A stretch of DNA of 64,000 nucleotides from an uncultured Gammaproteobacteria bacterium (GCA_964612595.1 CAZTFB010000002.1:70663-134662); one strand, 5' to 3'. Counted from the first letter of the stretch, positions 9,906 to 18,375 are shown. The notes: generated from the letters alone by a model not told the origin. Translations and numbers: made by a program.

Positions 9906-10325
9906 ATGAAGACTCTTGGACTGTCAATAACTGCTATTTTCCTCCTGTTGTTTTTGGTTATAAATGTCTATGCGTCTCAACTGTTTCCTCCACTTTACTA
10001 TCGCGTGGTTGGCATACAAGACATCTCAGCAGCTGAAGATTTCTTGCGCTACATAAAAGGAACTCCGATGCATAAACAGCAATATGATTATTTTAACGAG
10101 AAATTTAACAATGGGCTTATTGAGGCACGATTGGCTGAAGAAGAAAAAAATGGCGCTTCAAAAGAGAAATATCGCACCATTCTGGAGAAAAATCCAAAGA
10201 GCCGCGATGCGCTTATTATGCTCGCGCTGTACGAACTACGCGGTGGAAACGAAGAAGAAGCTGCTCGCTATTATACCCAAGCCAAGCAAATCGACCCCTG
10301 GCTTAAAATTGAATCGCTGGAATAG
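9906..10325 (+). CDS. small secreted/anchored TPR-like protein
   Basis: N-terminal hydrophobic signal/anchor. The C-terminal part (ALIMLALYELRGGNEEEAARYYTQAKQIDP) looks like a TPR repeat. Confidence 0.4.
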   Translation: MKTLGLSITAIFLLLFLVINVYASQLFPPLYYRVVGIQDISAAEDFLRYIKGTPMHKQQYDYFNEKFNNGLIEARLAEEEKNGASKEKYRTILEKNPKSRDALIMLALYELRGGNEEEAARYYTQAKQIDPWLKIESLE

Positions 10326-10354
10326 AAGACCACAACCTGTCGAGGATCGTGCCC
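10326..10354 (+). repeat. imperfect hairpin element AAGACCACAACCTGTCGAGGATCGTGCCC
   Basis: 24/29 identical to 45578-45606. Both start immediately after a TAG stop. The left arm matches the perfect terminator hairpin at 19982-20018. Confidence 0.7.
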
Positions 10355-10360
10355 TTGTTT

Positions 10361-10399
10361 AGAAGAAAAGATCGAAGCCGGGCGGTTGTGCCGCCCGGC
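10361..10399 (-). terminator. rho-independent terminator of cassette ORF 1a
   Basis: Minus strand reads GCCGGGCGG-CACAA-CCGCCCGGC followed by TTCGATCTTTTCTTCT. Confidence 0.7.
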
Positions 10400-10426
10400 C
10401 TCTCTCGTTCCGCCGAGGCGCGGGGC

Positions 10427-10693
10427 TCAGTCTTGCGTCTCCAGCATGGGGAGATTGAATATCGTGTCGGCCCGAAGTTCGTATCCCTTGGCCATCTTCA
10501 CGACAGCCTCCAGATTGTCCGTCTCCGTGACGACGACGATCGCTTCCTTGACCGAGCTCGCTGCGACCCGCACGACGCCTTGCAGGCGCTGTACGGCCTG
10601 AGCAAAGGGACCGAATCGTTCCGAGATGTTGTTGAGGTTGGTCCCGGTCTTCAGGACGATGACCACGAATGGCATCATGCTGATGTTCAACAT
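10427..10693 (-). CDS. GC-rich cassette ORF 1a, small alpha/beta protein of unknown function (weak GYD-like pattern)
   Basis: 88 aa with strong GC3 bias, its own promoter and terminator. The MPFVVIVLKTG... pattern only loosely recalls GYD-domain proteins. Confidence 0.5.
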   Translation of the reverse strand: MLNISMMPFVVIVLKTGTNLNNISERFGPFAQAVQRLQGVVRVAASSVKEAIVVVTETDNLEAVVKMAKGYELRADTIFNLPMLETQD

Positions 10694-10789
10694 AGCGATT
10701 TTACCTGTGCCTTTCGGTTGAAACGAGAATTGTTGGGTGCTTTGTCAATCGAGTAATGCGCGAAACACGCACACTTGAAAGACAGGATC

Positions 10790-10818
10790 ATTATACTATA
10801 GGATAGCAAGGAAGTCAA
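10790..10818 (-). promoter_or_regulatory. sigma70-type promoter TTGACT-N17-TATAAT for cassette ORF 1a
   Basis: -35 at 10818-10813, exact 17-nt spacer, -10 at 10795-10790. Begins 9 nt after the stop of the RNase H fragment. Confidence 0.65.
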
Positions 10819-10827
10819 GTTCTGAAG

Positions 10828-10974
10828 CTATTTTCGCATCAATTCCGCAATATCAACCGCATCATTCACCAGCGCATCCGCAAGCTTATTCTTCTCCCGC
10901 AGAACGTGTGTATAGCTTACCGGAAGGCCCAATTCTTTTTCATACACTCTGATTTGATTAACGTATTCCTGAAT
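10828..10974 (-). pseudogene. duplicated 3' fragment of the RNase H gene
   Basis: 10851-10974 is 122/124 identical to 11531-11654. The fragment stays in frame and ends with a different tail (..NDAVDIAELMRK*). It has no 5' part. Confidence 0.85.
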
Positions 10975-10979
10975 TGGAA

Positions 10980-11007
10980 TAAGCCCAGGTCTTAAAAAGG
11001 TCGTGCC
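10980..11007 (+). repeat. 28-nt intergenic element, copy 3 (TAAGCCCAGGTCTTAAAAAGGTCGTGCC)
   Basis: 23/28 identical to 22450-22477 (reverse complement). Preceded by TGGAATA, as is the element at 10326. Confidence 0.7.
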
Positions 11008-11031
11008 TTTTGTACTTGAAAGAGTTGTGCG

Positions 11032-11064
11032 GCAACCGGTCCAACATTACGTCGGACCGGTTGC
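11032..11064 (-). terminator. perfect 11-bp stem-loop downstream of cassette ORF 1b
   Basis: GCAACCGGTCC-N11-GGACCGGTTGC, with a second 7-bp hairpin (CAGCCTG..CAGGCTG) closer to the stop. The T-tract is weak. Confidence 0.4.
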
Positions 11065-11154
11065 ACGCGGGTGGATCAAGATTCACGATTTCTTTAACAG
11101 CCTGGGTCTCATCTCAGGCTGACACGAGATCGCCTTGACTGCGCTCCTGAGACA

Positions 11155-11427
11155 TCATTTGGCTTTGGCAAATGACACCAGAAACATGAGGGTTGTGATG
11201 AATGTTAGTGCTAAGTGCACCAACCACTCGAGACTTCTTACTCCATGATCGGGCACACTCATGACTGCCTTGACTTGCCAACACAAGACTGCCGCCAAAA
11301 AGTACTGATACGAAGGTCGCAATCTTTCGACATCTTCGCCAGATACCGAGAAAACACCAGACAGAATTGCCAACGCCAGGAACATAAGTTCCATGAGTGG
11401 CAATAGCCACAACAGCATCTCACTCAT
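11155..11427 (-). CDS. GC-rich cassette ORF 1b, small hydrophobic membrane protein
   Basis: 90 aa from ATG 11427 (MSEMLLWLLPLMELMF...), with AAGGGG 7 nt upstream and about 3 hydrophobic segments. No recognisable family. Confidence 0.5.
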   Translation of the reverse strand: MSEMLLWLLPLMELMFLALAILSGVFSVSGEDVERLRPSYQYFLAAVLCWQVKAVMSVPDHGVRSLEWLVHLALTFITTLMFLVSFAKAK

Positions 11428-11470
11428 TGTTTTTCCCCTTGTGTCAAGTGCGTACAGGATGTTGGGTGCA

Positions 11471-11499
11471 ATTATACTCTTAACAGTAGAACTGGTCAA
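11471..11499 (-). promoter_or_regulatory. sigma70-type promoter TTGACC-N17-TATAAT for cassette ORF 1b
   Basis: -35 at 11499-11494 contains the RNase H TGA stop codon. Exact 17-nt spacer, -10 at 11476-11471. Confidence 0.65.
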
Positions 11500-11939
11500 G
11501 CTCGCGCTGCTTCTTTGAATAAACTTCCTATATCAACCGCATCATTTACGAGCGCATCCGCAAGCTTATTCTTCTCCCGCAGAACGTGTGTATAGCTTAC
11601 CGGAAGGCCCAATTCTTTTTCATACACTCTGATTTGATTAACGTATTCCTGAATATGAGGCTGTTTTATTTTGTAGGCACCCTTTAACTGCTGTACAACC
11701 AAAAGCGAATCGGCGTGCCACTCGACTAGATCAATCGAATATTGTGGCACAAGCACGTTAATAAGCAGTTCATAGGCCTTCATAACGGCCCGATATTCCG
11801 CAGTATTGTTTGTTTCAATGCCAATATCTTCGCGGTGCGCAAACAAGACCTGGTCTTGTTCATCATAAAACACAATGCCGATCGCGGCGGGCCCTGGATT
11901 TCCCTTTGAACCCCCATCTGTAAAAACTTTAAGTTTCAT
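11496..11939 (-). CDS. rnhA: ribonuclease HI-like protein
   Basis: 147 aa with type 1 RNase H acidic motifs: FTDGGSKGNPG, NNTAEYRA, HADSLLVV, KNKLADALVNDA. Confidence 0.75.
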   Translation of the reverse strand: MKLKVFTDGGSKGNPGPAAIGIVFYDEQDQVLFAHREDIGIETNNTAEYRAVMKAYELLINVLVPQYSIDLVEWHADSLLVVQQLKGAYKIKQPHIQEYVNQIRVYEKELGLPVSYTHVLREKNKLADALVNDAVDIGSLFKEAARA

Positions 11940-11944
11940 AAGGG

Positions 11945-12661
11945 TTAATTATAACGAGATGTTAATCTTTTAGTAACAAAGAATGCGAAGCCGTACCAGA
12001 GGCACCCAAAGCCATATTTTAGGCTTCGCAAAAAATTTATAGACGACATTTCGGGAAAATAGCGACATGGTGAGCTTATCTCCCCGATTCGATTTCCTGA
12101 GGCAAGAAGTTGAAGCAGCATTTGATTATCAAAAATAAAATCGTCGCTATTCACTTTATACTTTACGCTCTTGAGAGCCTTTCTCGTATAGGCACGAAAA
12201 CCTGTATGATATTCTGACAACTTCGCACCTGTCAGAATATTCTCAATAAAAGTTAGCACTCGATTTGAAATATATTTGTATAACGGCATACCGCCTCGCA
12301 GAGCCCCACCGGACAGAATGCGTGATCCAAGGACCACATCAAAATGCCCCGTCTGAAGCATTGCCACCATTGGCGTAATGAGCTCAGACGGATACTGATA
12401 ATCGGGATGAAGCATCACAACGATATCGGCGCCAGCCTTTAGTGCCGCGTCATAACACGTTTTTTGATTGGCGCCATATCCTTTATTCTTGTCATGCTGA
12501 ATAACGGTCAAGCCAAGCGCTGTAGCTATCTTTACCGATTCATCTGTACTACCATCATCGGTCATAATAATGTGTTTTTTGAATTGGCTTGGAATATCTT
12601 TGTAAGTTTTACGGATAGTCTTGGCTGTGTTGTATGCCGGCATTATTATGATGGTTTTCAT
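11945..12661 (-). CDS. glycosyltransferase family 2
   Basis: IIIMPAYNTAKTI ... DDGSTDES ... HPDYQYP motifs of GT-A fold GT2 enzymes. Confidence 0.8.
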   Translation of the reverse strand: MKTIIIMPAYNTAKTIRKTYKDIPSQFKKHIIMTDDGSTDESVKIATALGLTVIQHDKNKGYGANQKTCYDAALKAGADIVVMLHPDYQYPSELITPMVAMLQTGHFDVVLGSRILSGGALRGGMPLYKYISNRVLTFIENILTGAKLSEYHTGFRAYTRKALKSVKYKVNSDDFIFDNQMLLQLLASGNRIGEISSPCRYFPEMSSINFLRSLKYGFGCLWYGFAFFVTKRLTSRYN

Positions 12662-12662
12662 G

Positions 12663-13895
12663 TTATGGCAGTATATATTGGTAAAACGCTATTGCCCCTA
12701 ATAGGTTCACTATCATACCATACCCAATAGTACCGTAAAAAAGGCTCTTTGGAACATATGGTAGCAAAATAACAAGATGAATAAATACGAGCGGCATAAG
12801 ATCAAAAAAGTATCTGTTACCAAACTGAACCCATCCTGTTGCGTAAAACAAGAGCAGAAACGCCATAAGCCCTAGGCTCGTGCTTAATAACAGTAAATAT
12901 AAAAATCGCTGGTACTTTTTCATGCGTTTGTAGATGCTTTTAAACAATAAGGGGATTGCTAAAACGAGCAATGTATAAGGATAAACAAAAAAAATACTGT
13001 TCCCTTCGGGATTGATGTTTATGTAGGGTTTCTGTGAGGAAAATTGAAGTGGTTCAAGAAAATAATACCTAATATTGTGCTCGATGTACTCTGATGAAAG
13101 TATTTTATTTTGAGCTACTGCCGACATAAAGCGCTCGTTGCCTTTGTGATATCGATAGCCAACCTCAAATACATTACCAAAGCGTACGTAATTGTAGGTA
13201 AAGTAGGTTGTTGCGAACACTCCACATACCAGAATACTGGCAAGCAAAAGCCTTTTTACGGACTTTTTTCGCATGTATGCTTGCATGATGGGAAACACAA
13301 GAATAATGCCATAAAGCCCCAAATTGAGTCTTGTAAGACATGCAAGATTGAAAAATACTAGAGCACCAACAAATGATCTTATTGACGACGTACGAATATA
13401 GTGAAACAAAAAGATGAGGTAGCTTAGGATATATGTTATAGAAATAACTTGATTCGTATGCCAGACGCGACCGTTTAGTGAAAGATAAAGGTTGGGAGAG
13501 GCACATATGAAGGCTACGAGCAAAGCTATGAGCGCGTTCTGTGTAAGTTTTATGCGAAAATGTCGCGCCACCTCAGATAAGAGCGCGTACATCAGTACTG
13601 TATTGAGCGATCCTGCGAAAAGTGTGTAAAAAACGTCGCTCGATATGCCGAGCAACTTGAAGGGTAGAATGAAAAAAACCGGTGCAAAGCCCCAATACAT
13701 GTATGTTTTGTCGTCAAACAACGATAAATCGTATATTTTTTCGGTTAGAAGATTGGTTCTTCCGTCCAAGAAAGCGTCTGCAAGCAGACTATAGTATGAT
13801 GTCGGCGTGTTGAGGAAAATACTGCCGTAGAGAAAATAAGTGATGAGGCTATAAATGATGAAGGTGAGCGCAAAAATAGCGAAATATCTTTTCAC
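12663..13895 (-). CDS. polytopic membrane protein, GT-C-like glycosyltransferase candidate
   Basis: 410 aa, almost entirely hydrophobic helices, translationally coupled to the GT2 gene. GTG start. Confidence 0.45.
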   Translation of the reverse strand: MKRYFAIFALTFIIYSLITYFLYGSIFLNTPTSYYSLLADAFLDGRTNLLTEKIYDLSLFDDKTYMYWGFAPVFFILPFKLLGISSDVFYTLFAGSLNTVLMYALLSEVARHFRIKLTQNALIALLVAFICASPNLYLSLNGRVWHTNQVISITYILSYLIFLFHYIRTSSIRSFVGALVFFNLACLTRLNLGLYGIILVFPIMQAYMRKKSVKRLLLASILVCGVFATTYFTYNYVRFGNVFEVGYRYHKGNERFMSAVAQNKILSSEYIEHNIRYYFLEPLQFSSQKPYININPEGNSIFFVYPYTLLVLAIPLLFKSIYKRMKKYQRFLYLLLLSTSLGLMAFLLLFYATGWVQFGNRYFFDLMPLVFIHLVILLPYVPKSLFYGTIGYGMIVNLLGAIAFYQYILP

Positions 13896-13920
13896 TCTAC
13901 AATGATATCACAAGAGATGA

Positions 13921-13949
13921 GGCACGAACCTGACAGGACCTGGTCCTGC
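13921..13949 (-). repeat. hairpin element GCAGGACCAGGTCCTGTCAGGTTCGTGCC
   Basis: Lies 3 nt after the recombinase stop. Its 3' half CCTGTCAGGTTCGTGCC parallels CCTGTCGAGGATCGTGCC at 10336-10353. Confidence 0.6.
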
Positions 13950-13952
13950 AAT

Positions 13953-14795
13953 TTAAAGCTCGCCGAGCTTTTCTTTACGCTCGGTTTCTTGCTTTACAAG
14001 CTCCAGGTACTTTTCTGTAGAAGAGAGTCTTCGATGACCTACGATCTTTGAGATGTAGGAAATAGAAGCCCCGTTCATAAGCTGATAAGCAATAAATGTA
14101 TTGCGAAGATCCTGTACCTTCGCATTATCAATACCAACTTCGCGGAAACATCGTGTAATGATGCTTCGAATGTTTCGCACAAGAAGTTGTCGACCTGTTT
14201 TAGTGACAAAGAGGAAATCTGTCTCGCTATCATGGCGGGACTTGATATAACTCTCGACAGCCTTTTCAACGGCCTTATTCATCGGTATAAATCTATCGCT
14301 AATTTTGAGCCCTTCCTTCGTGATGTCACCAAGTTTAATTTCAGCAAGCTCTCCAATTCTTACTCCTGTTTGTAGCAAGAGCTCGATCATTGCGTATGTT
14401 CTTTTATCTGACTTCGAAAAGTCCCTTAATGCTCGATATTCGAGCTTAGAAAGTATGCGCGGTGGAGCCTGATTGTACTTTGGATGAGTTACCTCCAAAG
14501 AAGGATTCTGAGCGATAATTTGCTCCTGTTTCAGATAACGGAAAAAGGTTCTTATAGAGTTAAGCTTGCGCGAAGCGGATTTTTTTGTATATCCTTCACC
14601 AAGAAGCTTAGAGATAAAACCGTCAATGTCGTCTTTTTTGACTTCTTTGATGTCGGTCTTCTCAACTGACGCTATATATGCAATAAACTGCTCCAAGTCT
14701 TTTTTATAAGCCACAACAGTGTGCTTCGACTTGTCTTGTGCAGTCAGATGCTCTATAAATGATTGTACCAGTGTTCGTAAATCTGATGTTATCAT
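13953..14795 (-). CDS. tyrosine site-specific recombinase (XerC/XerD-like integrase family)
   Basis: 280 aa with an N-terminal SAM-like domain. The catalytic region has TGVRIGEL (Arg) and GHRRLSSTEKYLEL (H-x-x-R ... Y). Confidence 0.8.
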   Translation of the reverse strand: MITSDLRTLVQSFIEHLTAQDKSKHTVVAYKKDLEQFIAYIASVEKTDIKEVKKDDIDGFISKLLGEGYTKKSASRKLNSIRTFFRYLKQEQIIAQNPSLEVTHPKYNQAPPRILSKLEYRALRDFSKSDKRTYAMIELLLQTGVRIGELAEIKLGDITKEGLKISDRFIPMNKAVEKAVESYIKSRHDSETDFLFVTKTGRQLLVRNIRSIITRCFREVGIDNAKVQDLRNTFIAYQLMNGASISYISKIVGHRRLSSTEKYLELVKQETERKEKLGEL

Positions 14796-14859
14796 GAATG
14801 CCCTATAATATCACAAAGCGGATAATAATTCAAGCGCAAATTAATTATAATTAAATATT

Positions 14860-15198
14860 ATGTTTAGACTTATTAAAGATTCCATTCTCCTCATACTGTT
14901 GGTTGTTCTTGTTGCGTCGCTCTCGAGGAACATCTTTCTGTATAAAGACAAGTTGTCATTTTACCACGATTATAGAAAAGAATACGAGAAAGAGAGGGAT
15001 CTTAATAAACGACTTAAGAGCGACATAAAGAAAAGTGAGGATTATTATTACGTGGAAAAGGAAATTCGAGAGAAGTTGAACTTATTGCAGCCGGGCGAAA
15101 CGGCGCTGATTATTCCTGAGGTTACGCTGACTCCCGAGCCTACACCATCAGCTCCGAAGAAACCTTACGAACTGTGGTGGGAGCTCTATACACAATAA
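14860..15198 (+). CDS. septum formation initiator (FtsB/DivIC-like)
   Basis: 112 aa with an N-terminal TM helix, a coiled-coil segment and the ..EKEIREKLNLLQPGE motif typical of the family. Confidence 0.6.
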   Translation: MFRLIKDSILLILLVVLVASLSRNIFLYKDKLSFYHDYRKEYEKERDLNKRLKSDIKKSEDYYYVEKEIREKLNLLQPGETALIIPEVTLTPEPTPSAPKKPYELWWELYTQ

Positions 15199-15370
15199 GA
15201 CCGTGTCTTGTTCTGCATCATGCCGAGCGGTATTCAACACTACCTCACATATTCTGTGCTTCCCTTCATTATTGTCATTGGTAGTTTGTTAACCTTCAGT
15301 AAGACCAATTGACCCTATCGTAAATGAAACATAGCGCAGATATACAAACGGGGCTGCAGGAATAAGTTTT

Positions 15371-15738
15371 TTGTATCCAAAGGAGTGGAGCGTGGGAGGA
15401 GAATCGACTAACCTCATTGACAACAAACCAACTTTTACTGTCAATTTTACTTCGGAAAACGCCACCATCTTCGGCATGGTGCACAATCCCTATGAGTTCT
15501 ATCACCCACCTGTAAAGAACTGCATCTTTAATCGTTGGAGGAAAGGAAAGCGAACTTAAGGTTACTGGTTTTTGTACCGAAGAAGAACAAAAGAATGCGA
15601 ATGTGTTGTGTGATGAGTCGGCTCAAATTGTCGTTCAATCAAGTCAATTCTCCGTAGATGTTTGGATATTCACAGGCAGATATTGATGCAGCAGTACAGA
15701 AAATGAAGGATCTACTTTCTACAGTTAAATTCCTCTAA
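15371..15738 (+). pseudogene. possible frameshifted remnant of a protein-coding gene
   Basis: Protein-like translation continues across three frames (..NKPTFTVNFTSENATIFGMVHNPYEF.. / ..VTGFCTEEEQKNANVLCDESAQIV.. / ..ADIDAAVQKMKDLLSTVKFL*). No intact ORF in a 570-bp gap. Confidence 0.3.
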
Positions 15739-15815
15739 CCCCACATCTCTTTTCGCAGCCCTATATAAAATTGACCCTATACATGACCCGTTTTGGGTCT
15801 AAAATGACTAGTACT

Positions 15816-16058
15816 ATGAAAACACTTGGAGAAAACTATATTAAAATTAGGTTGACCGGTAAACTAAAAGATGAGATTCTGGCAAGAGCTGACAGACTTG
15901 GGTTAACTATGTCGGGCTATCTCCAGTATCTCGCAGTCAAAGATGTGGCTGAGCGGGAACAGCGATTAGAAATATTTCTTTTAGAGGATATTAATGAAGC
16001 TGTAAGACAGCTAATGAAGATCAAGCTGAAAAAGTCATTAACGCTACTTAAAAAGTAG
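15816..16058 (+). CDS. ribbon-helix-helix (CopG/Arc-like) DNA-binding protein
   Basis: IKIRLTGKLKDEILARADRLGLTMSGYLQYLAVKDV fits the beta-strand, helix, helix RHH pattern. Start codon is uncertain (15771-15816). Confidence 0.5.
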   Translation: MKTLGENYIKIRLTGKLKDEILARADRLGLTMSGYLQYLAVKDVAEREQRLEIFLLEDINEAVRQLMKIKLKKSLTLLKK

Positions 16059-16069
16059 TTTATGACAAA

Positions 16070-16822
16070 CTAGGCGCCGTTCTTTACAACCACATAGAGA
16101 TTACCCATGCCTGTTGTGTGAGGCGCAGCCTTTGCGATTAAAGATTTGTTCCAGAAAAATCTGCTTAATGTCGAAAGAATAAAAAGTCTTCTCAATACTT
16201 CTCCCTGCCTATAAACTTGAGGCTCTGTGCGAAAAATACGCTTTAACAGCAGTGCGAGTTCATTTGTATAAAATTCTTTGAGATGAAACGGATTGTACGT
16301 TCCACCAAAAAAAACATCGAAAAACTTTTTGTTTGGTGTTGAGAGAAGCAGAATTCCACCTGGCTTGAGGCACTGGTGCATAAGTTTAAGAAATTTTTTG
16401 TACTCCTTTACATGTTCGACTGTCTCAAACGAGACAATCACATCAAACTGATCTGTAGAGTTTGAAAGAAAATCGATAGCGTCTGAACACACAAATGTTG
16501 TGTTCTTTCTTCGGTTTTTTAATCCGTACTTTGTTTTAGCAACCTGGATGGCCCTAGATTCATTATCAACACCCGTTACTCTTGTCGCTTTTTTGGCGAG
16601 CAATTTGCTTCCGTAGCCTTCTCCACATGCTATATCTAAAACCTTTTTTCCTTTCACATACTTTAAGGCAAACGCATAGCGGTGATGGTAATCCTCAAAT
16701 CTGTTTTGGAAAGCCCCTTTCTTTTCAGGGTCGATGTGTTCATCTTGGCCTTTGATAGCAATGTTACGGAGTATGGATTGTGTAATATTTTTCACAATGA
16801 GAATAATTCTATCACATGGCAT
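16070..16822 (-). CDS. class I SAM-dependent methyltransferase
   Basis: VLDIACGEGYGS motif I and DVIVSFETVEHV motif. Start uncertain (16822 or 16849). Confidence 0.8.
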   Translation of the reverse strand: MPCDRIILIVKNITQSILRNIAIKGQDEHIDPEKKGAFQNRFEDYHHRYAFALKYVKGKKVLDIACGEGYGSKLLAKKATRVTGVDNESRAIQVAKTKYGLKNRRKNTTFVCSDAIDFLSNSTDQFDVIVSFETVEHVKEYKKFLKLMHQCLKPGGILLLSTPNKKFFDVFFGGTYNPFHLKEFYTNELALLLKRIFRTEPQVYRQGEVLRRLFILSTLSRFFWNKSLIAKAAPHTTGMGNLYVVVKNGA

Positions 16823-16831
16823 AATATACGC

Positions 16832-17299
16832 ATGTCGACACTCGCACATATTCTATCAGGATCGTACATTGCGCTCGCATCTGGCAACATCGACCCTAGC
16901 CAAACACATTATGTTGTTGCGGCTGTTGTTTCTGCTGGCATTCTAGATCTAGACCATCTTTTCTCTGTAATAAAAGATAGAAAGATGTATAAAGAAAAAG
17001 GCTACTTTGGCAACCTACATAACGCAAGAACTATGATGCACGAACTGATCGGCTTCGCATGCATTGGTGCTGTTGCGCTGATCGTTTCACTATTTGACCC
17101 AAAAATGGGCTACGTTATTGGAGTGGCTGCTATGGTGCATTCAGCTGAAGATATGCTAATGGGTGCATTTGTACCATTCAATCCTATAGATCGAACAAAA
17201 ATAAGTCTTATCTCACAGCGCAAAAGCATTAAGGTCATTGTTGATGTTTGTATGCTACTATTGTTTGGATTCTTATGGATAAAGTACCTAAGCGTATAA
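16832..17299 (+). CDS. membrane protein, YdjM/DUF457-like metal-dependent hydrolase candidate
   Basis: Start at MSTLAHI. Hydrophobic helices and a GILDLDHL motif. Confidence 0.4.
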   Translation: MSTLAHILSGSYIALASGNIDPSQTHYVVAAVVSAGILDLDHLFSVIKDRKMYKEKGYFGNLHNARTMMHELIGFACIGAVALIVSLFDPKMGYVIGVAAMVHSAEDMLMGAFVPFNPIDRTKISLISQRKSIKVIVDVCMLLLFGFLWIKYLSV

Positions 17300-17325
17300 A
17301 ATTTGCATCAATATATAGGAACCTC

Positions 17326-17724
17326 ATGAATAAGTACGAGGACTACCTCGTCTTCCCGCTGAAAAATCCTGCACACTACCAAATTATTGGCTTATTGCTC
17401 TCAATGGGCTATCTTTTTTTAACCTCATATACGGCAAAAATAACGCTCATTATGATTATTTTGATCCTTGATTGGTATGATGGAGCGGCAGCACGCAAAT
17501 TTCATATGACGAATAAGGCAGGGTGGATGACTGACGTCACCGTTGATAGATTAAGCGAAGGATTTATAATCATGACTGAAATTGCGAACCCCATTGGCAA
17601 AATTCTTATGCTGCTTTTTGTATTTAATGTATCTCTGTCGTTCTATTCGGTACGAACAGGTAAACATTACGTTATGCCCTTGAGGTTTTTTTGTGTGTTA
17701 CTATTACTATTCAGAATGATATGA
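17326..17724 (+). CDS. CDP-alcohol phosphatidyltransferase family protein
   Basis: Complete signature D-G-x2-A-R-x8-G-x3-D-x3-D in DGAAARKFHMTNKAGWMTDVTVD. Start is uncertain. Confidence 0.7.
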   Translation: MNKYEDYLVFPLKNPAHYQIIGLLLSMGYLFLTSYTAKITLIMIILILDWYDGAAARKFHMTNKAGWMTDVTVDRLSEGFIIMTEIANPIGKILMLLFVFNVSLSFYSVRTGKHYVMPLRFFCVLLLLFRMI

Positions 17725-18275
17725 CATACATTGCTCTCATTATTGCCTGCATCTACTTCTATTTTCCTGCTGCATTTGCAAATATCGGCGCAAACATCGG
17801 GCGTTTTATCCCGTTTTTCAAAGATATAAAGACACCTGTTGATTTTGGGCTACGTATCAAAGGGAAACGAATTGTGGGAGATCATAAAGTCATGGGAAGT
17901 TTTATGTTCGGTGTTGTCTTTGGAAGTCTGTTGGGTGTCGTTAAGTTCTTACTTTTGGACCCGTTTATGGAGCCGTATCTCTTACTTGACCTTGAGTTTA
18001 TGCAAACTGTGGTCCTTTACACTCTTATGTCGACCTGCGCCCTTATAGGGGATATTATTAAAAGTATCTTAAAAAGACTGTTTAACATCGCTCCGCATAA
18101 GCCTTGGATTCCGTTCGATGAGATCGATCATTCAACTTTTAGTTTGCTTGTAACAAACATATTTTTTCCATTGCCGTGGTATGTCATTCTTTTGACCATC
18201 ACGGTATATTTTTTCTTGCACATTGGAGCAAATATTGTTGGGTATAAGCTTAGAATTAAGAGCGTTCCGTATTGA
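17721..18275 (+). CDS. CDP-archaeol synthase-like protein (CarS / DUF46 family)
   Basis: Conserved blocks PVDFG...GKRIVGDHKVMGS, GDIIKSILKR, FDEIDH and the C-terminal NIVGYKLRIKSVPY parallel archaeal CarS. Confidence 0.7.
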   Translation: MTYIALIIACIYFYFPAAFANIGANIGRFIPFFKDIKTPVDFGLRIKGKRIVGDHKVMGSFMFGVVFGSLLGVVKFLLLDPFMEPYLLLDLEFMQTVVLYTLMSTCALIGDIIKSILKRLFNIAPHKPWIPFDEIDHSTFSLLVTNIFFPLPWYVILLTITVYFFLHIGANIVGYKLRIKSVPY

Positions 18276-18282
18276 CCTTTTG

Positions 18283-18352
18283 TTGCGGCGCCGGGAGTCG
18301 AACCCGGCCTAGGAGATTATGAGCCTCCTGTGCGGCCGTACACTACACCGCA
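18283..18352 (-). tRNA. tRNA-Met (anticodon CAT; could also be a tRNA-Ile2 precursor)
   Basis: Hand-folded cloverleaf: acceptor TGCGGTG/CGCCGCA, D arm GTGT/GCAC, anticodon stem GGAGG/TCTCC with loop CTCATAA, T arm CCGGG-TTCGACT-CCCGG. No encoded CCA. Confidence 0.75.
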
Positions 18353-18375
18353 TGTGTAGTATACCACGAAAGAGC

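Noticed and set aside
15308-15780. The 12-nt direct repeat AATTGACCCTAT as the boundaries of a mobile insertion.
   Set aside because: It is a single short repeat pair with no terminal inverted repeats or cargo signature. It is mentioned under the pseudogene finding but is not strong enough on its own.
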